From a virus (lineage: Duplodnaviria; Heunggongvirae; Uroviricota; Caudoviricetes): a DNA stretch of 9,373 nt. The notes under the pieces are model-generated. The model searched no databases. It had not been told where the DNA came from and was given only the letters and a program-made list of their open reading frames with translations. Both the position numbers and the translations under genes were made by a program. Below are positions 5,453-9,373 of the stretch, piece by piece (the stretch's first letter is position 1; each line of letters opens with the position of its first letter). The stretch lies in the IMG/VR virus record IMGVR_UViG_2563366846_000008. One strand, given 5' to 3'.

Positions 5453-8246
5453 TATCCGGGTCGCTTTCAGCGCCGTTGACAGGCTGACCCGGCCTGCCGA
5501 AAACGCCCGCCGCCTGATGGGGCAGTTTGGTGACTCCATCCAGCGAACGCAGGGGGCGATCAAAAATCTCGAGCGTCAGGCGCGATCATTTGAGCGCGCC
5601 CGCGACGCTGTCAGTAAAGCGGATGCGGGTATCGTGAAAGCACGACGCCAGCTTAACGCCCTTAATCAGTTACAACGCACGGGTACAGTGCTCAGCGAAA
5701 AACAACAAAAGCTGATGCAGCAGTTAAGCACCCGGCTTGAACGCCTGAATGAATCGCGCACACGGGAAATTCAGAAAATGCGGGAGCTTGGCGGAGAGCT
5801 GAAACGCCACGGCATTTCCCTGACAGGCAGCGATAACACCATCCAGCAGGCCATCAGACGCACCGAACAGTACAACAACCAGCTTGAACGTGAACGGCAG
5901 GCGCTTGCGCGTGTAACGCGGGCGCGTGAGCGGTATTCGCGCACGCAGGAAACAGCGGGAAAACTGAAAACAGGTGGTGCGCTGGCAATTGGTGCGGCAG
6001 CGGCTGGCGGCTATGCTGCCGGGCGTTTTTTGCAGCCCGCTATCGGGTTCGGGAAAGAGATGTCCCGCGTTCAGGCGCTGACGCGAATCGACCAGAACAG
6101 TCCACAGTTTAAGGCGCTGCGTGAACAGGCGTTAAAACTTGGCTCTGAAACGCAGTTCACCGCAGGCGATGCCGCCAGTGGGCAGGCATTTCTGGCAATG
6201 GCTGGTTTTACTCCGCAGGCCATTCAGGCTGCGCTCCCTGGCGTACTGAGCATGGCAACGGCTGGCGGTATGGACCTCGGCGAGACGGCGGATATTGGCT
6301 CAAATATTCTGACGCAGTTCGGTCTTTCTGCTGACCAGATGGACCGGGTCGGCGACACACTCACTGCAGCGTTTACCCGTACCAACACTGACCTTCGCGC
6401 ACTGGGCGAAACCATGAAATATGCAGGCCCGGTGGCAGGTAAGCTGGGAATATCGCTGGAGCAGGCCGCAGCGATGGCGGGCGTGCTGGCGAATATGGGG
6501 ATCAGGGGGAGTGATGCTGGCACAGCGTTGCGTAAAAGCCTTGCCAATCTGTCATCGCCGCCAAAGGCGGCAGCAGAAGCTCTGAAAGAGCTGGGAGTGG
6601 CTGTCTCTGATGCGAACGGCAAAATGCGCCCGATGGAGGATGTGCTGGTCGACCTTTATAAAGCCACCCGCAAATACGGGGAAGTTGACCGGGTATCCTT
6701 CTTTAAGGACATCGCCGGAGAAGAGGCTTTCACATCATTTATGGCCCTCGTTGATGCGGCGGGTAACGGCTCCTTACCCAAACTGAGAAAAGAACTTGAG
6801 GGCGCACGCGGTGAGGCTGAACGCACGGCAAAAGTTATGGCCGACAACCTTGATGGCGATCTGAAATCACTCGGCAGTGCATGGGAAGGGTTGCGCATCC
6901 GCATTGCAGATCTGATTGATGGTCCGCTGCGTTCTGTCACGCAGTGGCTCACGCGGGTGGTCTCAAAAGTGACGGCACTGGCGCAGGCCCATCCGGCACT
7001 GACACGCCAGTTACTGATAGCAGGCGGTGCGTTACTGGCAATGACTGCAACGATTGGCTCGTTGTCGCTGGTTATTGGGGTGCTTTACGGGAAACTGGCC
7101 ACCTTGCGTCTTGGTTTCGACATTCTTACCCGGTCAATGAATGTCGTCAGGGTGTTGCCTGCGCTGTGGGGAATGGTGACGGGTTCTGTTTCTTTGCTGG
7201 GAGGCGCTATCGGGGCGCTGTTCAGTCCGGTTGGTCTTATCGTGGCTGCGCTTGCCGGAGCTGCCGTTCTTATCTGGAAATACTGGGATCCCATCAGGGC
7301 ATTTTTTGCCGGGGTGTTCAGCGGGATTATGGAAAGGCTGACCCCGTTGCGCGAAACCTTTGAACGGTTTGGTCCTGTTTTTGACGCAATCGGAAGCGGG
7401 ATAAGCCAGGTGTTTAACTGGTTTAAATCGCTGCTGTCACCGATGGAGTCCAGCAAGGAAACGCTGGATAAATGTACCAGTGCTGGCGAGATATTCGGTA
7501 ACGTTCTTGGTGGCGCGCTACAGCTTGTTCTGACGCCTGCAAAAATGTTGCTGGATACGCTGGCGTGGATACTTGAAAAACTCGGTGTGCTTCCGGATGA
7601 AGCGGAAAGGGCGAGAAAGAAAATCGAAGACGCACAGCGTGCGGCCATTCTTCAGGACAAGGTTGCTCTGTTTCAGGGAGACATTGCGAAAATCAATCCG
7701 CCGAAGTCCGCGGAAAATGGCAATGGCACCGGAGGCGATAACCCCAAAGATAACAAACCGCTCACAGACAGCAATACCGGCACGCTACGCAGACTCAGCA
7801 AAATTGCTGATAACACAGGTAAGCTGGTTGATGAGACAAAAAAACGTATTGGCCCCGGCGATATTGTCTTTAAGAACCTGCCCCGCGCACTTGCTGTTCG
7901 TGGGGAGTGGCAGGAGCGGAAGATTGCGCAGGTCAGTAAACCTGCTTCCGCAATCAACATCACACCCGTGGTCCCGACTCCGCTGCCTCCGGCGCTGGTC
8001 CCTGTTGTTGCGGCCAGCTCCCGCCCGGTGGCGGAGGCCATACGATCGCCAGTGGCATCAGTTCCTGCAACTTCCCGTAACCGGGAGCCTGTTGCCTCCG
8101 GATTTGGCGGTGAAATTCATGTTCATCTGCATAACGTTGTTACGCAGAATCCCCGCGAACTGGCGAAACTGGTCGGTGAAATGGTCAGGGCAGAGACGGA
8201 ACGGCGCACCCGTGCCGGACGTGGCAGTTTTTACGATAAAGATTGA
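5439..8246 (+). CDS. T: Tail tape measure protein (P2 gpT family)
   Basis: Long ORF of about 935 aa from the preferred ATG at 5439 (GGGA about 9 nt upstream); alternative in-frame starts at 5430 and 5403. Coiled-coil-like N-terminal third, central tape-measure core region, two long hydrophobic segments (LIAGGALLAMTATIGSLSLVIGVLYG and GAIGALFSPVGLIVAALAGAAVLIW) and a Pro-rich C-terminal region. Start overlaps the end of E'. Confidence 0.9.
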   Translation: MKTLDIRVAFSAVDRLTRPAENARRLMGQFGDSIQRTQGAIKNLERQARSFERARDAVSKADAGIVKARRQLNALNQLQRTGTVLSEKQQKLMQQLSTRLERLNESRTREIQKMRELGGELKRHGISLTGSDNTIQQAIRRTEQYNNQLERERQALARVTRARERYSRTQETAGKLKTGGALAIGAAAAGGYAAGRFLQPAIGFGKEMSRVQALTRIDQNSPQFKALREQALKLGSETQFTAGDAASGQAFLAMAGFTPQAIQAALPGVLSMATAGGMDLGETADIGSNILTQFGLSADQMDRVGDTLTAAFTRTNTDLRALGETMKYAGPVAGKLGISLEQAAAMAGVLANMGIRGSDAGTALRKSLANLSSPPKAAAEALKELGVAVSDANGKMRPMEDVLVDLYKATRKYGEVDRVSFFKDIAGEEAFTSFMALVDAAGNGSLPKLRKELEGARGEAERTAKVMADNLDGDLKSLGSAWEGLRIRIADLIDGPLRSVTQWLTRVVSKVTALAQAHPALTRQLLIAGGALLAMTATIGSLSLVIGVLYGKLATLRLGFDILTRSMNVVRVLPALWGMVTGSVSLLGGAIGALFSPVGLIVAALAGAAVLIWKYWDPIRAFFAGVFSGIMERLTPLRETFERFGPVFDAIGSGISQVFNWFKSLLSPMESSKETLDKCTSAGEIFGNVLGGALQLVLTPAKMLLDTLAWILEKLGVLPDEAERARKKIEDAQRAAILQDKVALFQGDIAKINPPKSAENGNGTGGDNPKDNKPLTDSNTGTLRRLSKIADNTGKLVDETKKRIGPGDIVFKNLPRALAVRGEWQERKIAQVSKPASAINITPVVPTPLPPALVPVVAASSRPVAEAIRSPVASVPATSRNREPVASGFGGEIHVHLHNVVTQNPRELAKLVGEMVRAETERRTRAGRGSFYDKD

Positions 8247-8258
8247 GGAGTCATGGTT

Positions 8259-8747
8259 ATGATGATGATCTACGGCATGTTTGTTTTTGAGCTGCGCACA
8301 CTGCCGCATCAGCAGTTACAGCAAAACAAAAGCTGGCGGCATGTGAAAAATGAACGCGTTAACCGTTCAGCAAGCTGGCAGTATATCGGTGCAGGTGATG
8401 ATCGCATCGTGCTTTCCGGCGTGCTTTATCCTGAAATTACAGGTGGCGAAGTGTCGCTTTCGTTGCTGACCACGCAGGCATATACAGGACGCCCCTGGCC
8501 TCTGATTGATGGTGTCGGGCAGATTTACGGCATGTATGTACTGACTGAAACGAATACGACCCGTTCCGAGTTTGATCGCTACGGTAAGGCGAAAAAGATA
8601 GAATTTTCACTGACTCTTGAACGCTGTGATGAGGATTTGCGGGAGCGCCTGCAATCCTCATCGTTCAGTGATATGCTGTCCGGCTTCAAAGATAAGGTCA
8701 CATCATCCCTTAACAGCGCGGCCAGCTCCGTTAAAGGGCTGTTTTGA
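8259..8747 (+). CDS. U: Tail protein U (P2 gpU family)
   Basis: About 162 aa from the ATG at 8259 (SD GAGGAG ends at 8250; in-frame ATGs at 8253, 8262 and 8265 are alternatives). Motifs FVFELRTLPHQQLQ, WRHVKNERV, GRPWPLIDGVGQIYGMYVLTE and KIEFSLTLER resemble P2 gpU. Directly follows T. Confidence 0.9.
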   Translation: MMMIYGMFVFELRTLPHQQLQQNKSWRHVKNERVNRSASWQYIGAGDDRIVLSGVLYPEITGGEVSLSLLTTQAYTGRPWPLIDGVGQIYGMYVLTETNTTRSEFDRYGKAKKIEFSLTLERCDEDLRERLQSSSFSDMLSGFKDKVTSSLNSAASSVKGLF

Positions 8748-8754
8748 TTAACGC

Positions 8755-8784
8755 AAAACCGCTAATGGTCAGATTAGCGGTTTT
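8755..8784. terminator. Intrinsic terminator of the tail operon; overlaps the invertase stop codon
   Basis: Perfect 12-bp inverted repeat AAAACCGCTAAT (8755-8766) / ATTAGCGGTTTT (8773-8784) with a 6-nt loop. On the + strand the stem ends in TTTT followed by CATTTTCC. It sits 8 nt after the U stop. The minus-strand invertase stop (plus-strand TTA at 8774-8776) lies inside the right arm. Confidence 0.55.
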
Positions 8785-9373
8785 CATTTTCCTGAGTCTG
8801 CCTGGTTGTTTCTTCAGCCTGTATATCGCCTACAGGGTGATAACGATAAATCGTCGATATGCCGATGTCGTAAATGATCGCCAGTTGTTTCCTGTCATGA
8901 CCGTTTTTAATCAGCCTCGCTATTTGCTCGTGTTGTTCTTTTGTCAACTTCGGGCGACGTCCGCCAATGCGTCCTTGTGCGCGTGCTGCTGCCAGCCCGG
9001 CCAGTGTACGCTCTACAATTAATTCACGTTCCATTTCGGCTAAAGCCCCCATGACGTGAAAAAAGAAACGCCCCATGGGTGTTGATGTGTCAATGCTGTC
9101 CGTCAGACTACGGAAATTAACACCTTTTTCCCGCAATTCCTCAATAAGCGTGATCAGGTGTTTCATACTTCTGCCCAGTCTGTCCAGCTTCCAGACAACC
9201 AGCGTATCTCCTTCTGATAGCGTTCTGAGCAGTTTTTTCAATCCCGGTCTGGCTGATTTCGTTCCGCTGATTTTATCTTCAAAAATCAGTTCACATCCTG
9301 CGCAGTTCAGTGCATTGCGTTGTAAATCCGTGTTTTGGTCATTTGTTGACACACGAATATAGCCAATTTGCAT
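8774..9373 (-). CDS. Serine DNA invertase of the Hin/Gin/Cin/Pin family
   Basis: 199-aa ORF starting exactly at the last base of the window. N-terminal catalytic motif IGYIRVSTNDQNTDLQ (catalytic Ser) and conserved blocks GDTLVVWKLDRLGRS, DSIDTSTPMGRFFFHVMGALAEMERELIVERT and GRIGGRRPKLT, with a C-terminal helix-turn-helix region. As recalled it is closest to Pin of e14 and Gin of Mu. Confidence 0.92.
   Translation of the reverse strand: MQIGYIRVSTNDQNTDLQRNALNCAGCELIFEDKISGTKSARPGLKKLLRTLSEGDTLVVWKLDRLGRSMKHLITLIEELREKGVNFRSLTDSIDTSTPMGRFFFHVMGALAEMERELIVERTLAGLAAARAQGRIGGRRPKLTKEQHEQIARLIKNGHDRKQLAIIYDIGISTIYRYHPVGDIQAEETTRQTQENENR

Noticed and set aside
6224-7648. Minus-strand ORFs of 70-187 aa antisense to the tape measure gene (6224..6622, 6656..6952, 7085..7648, 7423..7635)
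   Set aside because: Antisense to a well-supported long CDS, Ala/Ser/Pro-rich low-complexity translations, no start context. Treated as GC-driven spurious ORFs.
7573-8262. 229-aa + strand ORF overlapping the 3' part of the tape measure gene in another frame
   Set aside because: It lies entirely inside gene T in a different reading frame and has the Arg-rich, low-complexity composition typical of off-frame translation of a GC-rich gene. No RBS or independent support.
8748-8790. Possible gix/hix-like recombination site at the U/invertase junction (CAAAACC ... GGTTTT)
   Set aside because: The two AAACC/GGTTT-containing arms are separated by a 6-nt loop and form a 12-bp hairpin rather than two half-sites around a 2-bp core. 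Match to the gix half-site as recalled is only about 9 of 12. A terminator explains it better, and no partner site was found in 3006-3161.
8744-9022. 92-aa + strand ORF overlapping the invertase gene
   Set aside because: Antisense to the highly conserved invertase CDS. No supporting features.
1-9373. CRISPR arrays, rRNA genes or IS elements
   Set aside because: No regularly spaced direct repeats, no rRNA-like conserved blocks, and no transposase ORF with terminal inverted repeats were seen on reading the window.

Overview
This window is mostly the tail module of a P2-like (Peduovirus-type) myovirus prophage or tailocin. On the + strand lie sheath (FI), tube (FII), the E/E' chaperone pair with a programmed -1 frameshift, tape measure (T) and U. 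The baseplate-hub gene D and the late activator ogr are also present, but on the - strand and upstream of FI rather than downstream of U as in P2. A complete Pin/Gin/Hin-family serine DNA invertase gene (- strand) abuts the 3' end of U and starts exactly at the right window edge. Left of ogr there is an unannotated Hok-like type I toxin ORF of 46 codons with an overlapping mok-like frame, then two A+T-rich cargo genes: a zinc-ribbon/TM2 membrane protein and a secreted protein with a duplicated Cys-pair motif. No rRNA, tRNA or CRISPR array was seen. All calls rest on reading the six-frame translations and the sequence by eye; no database search was run, and family comparisons are from memory.
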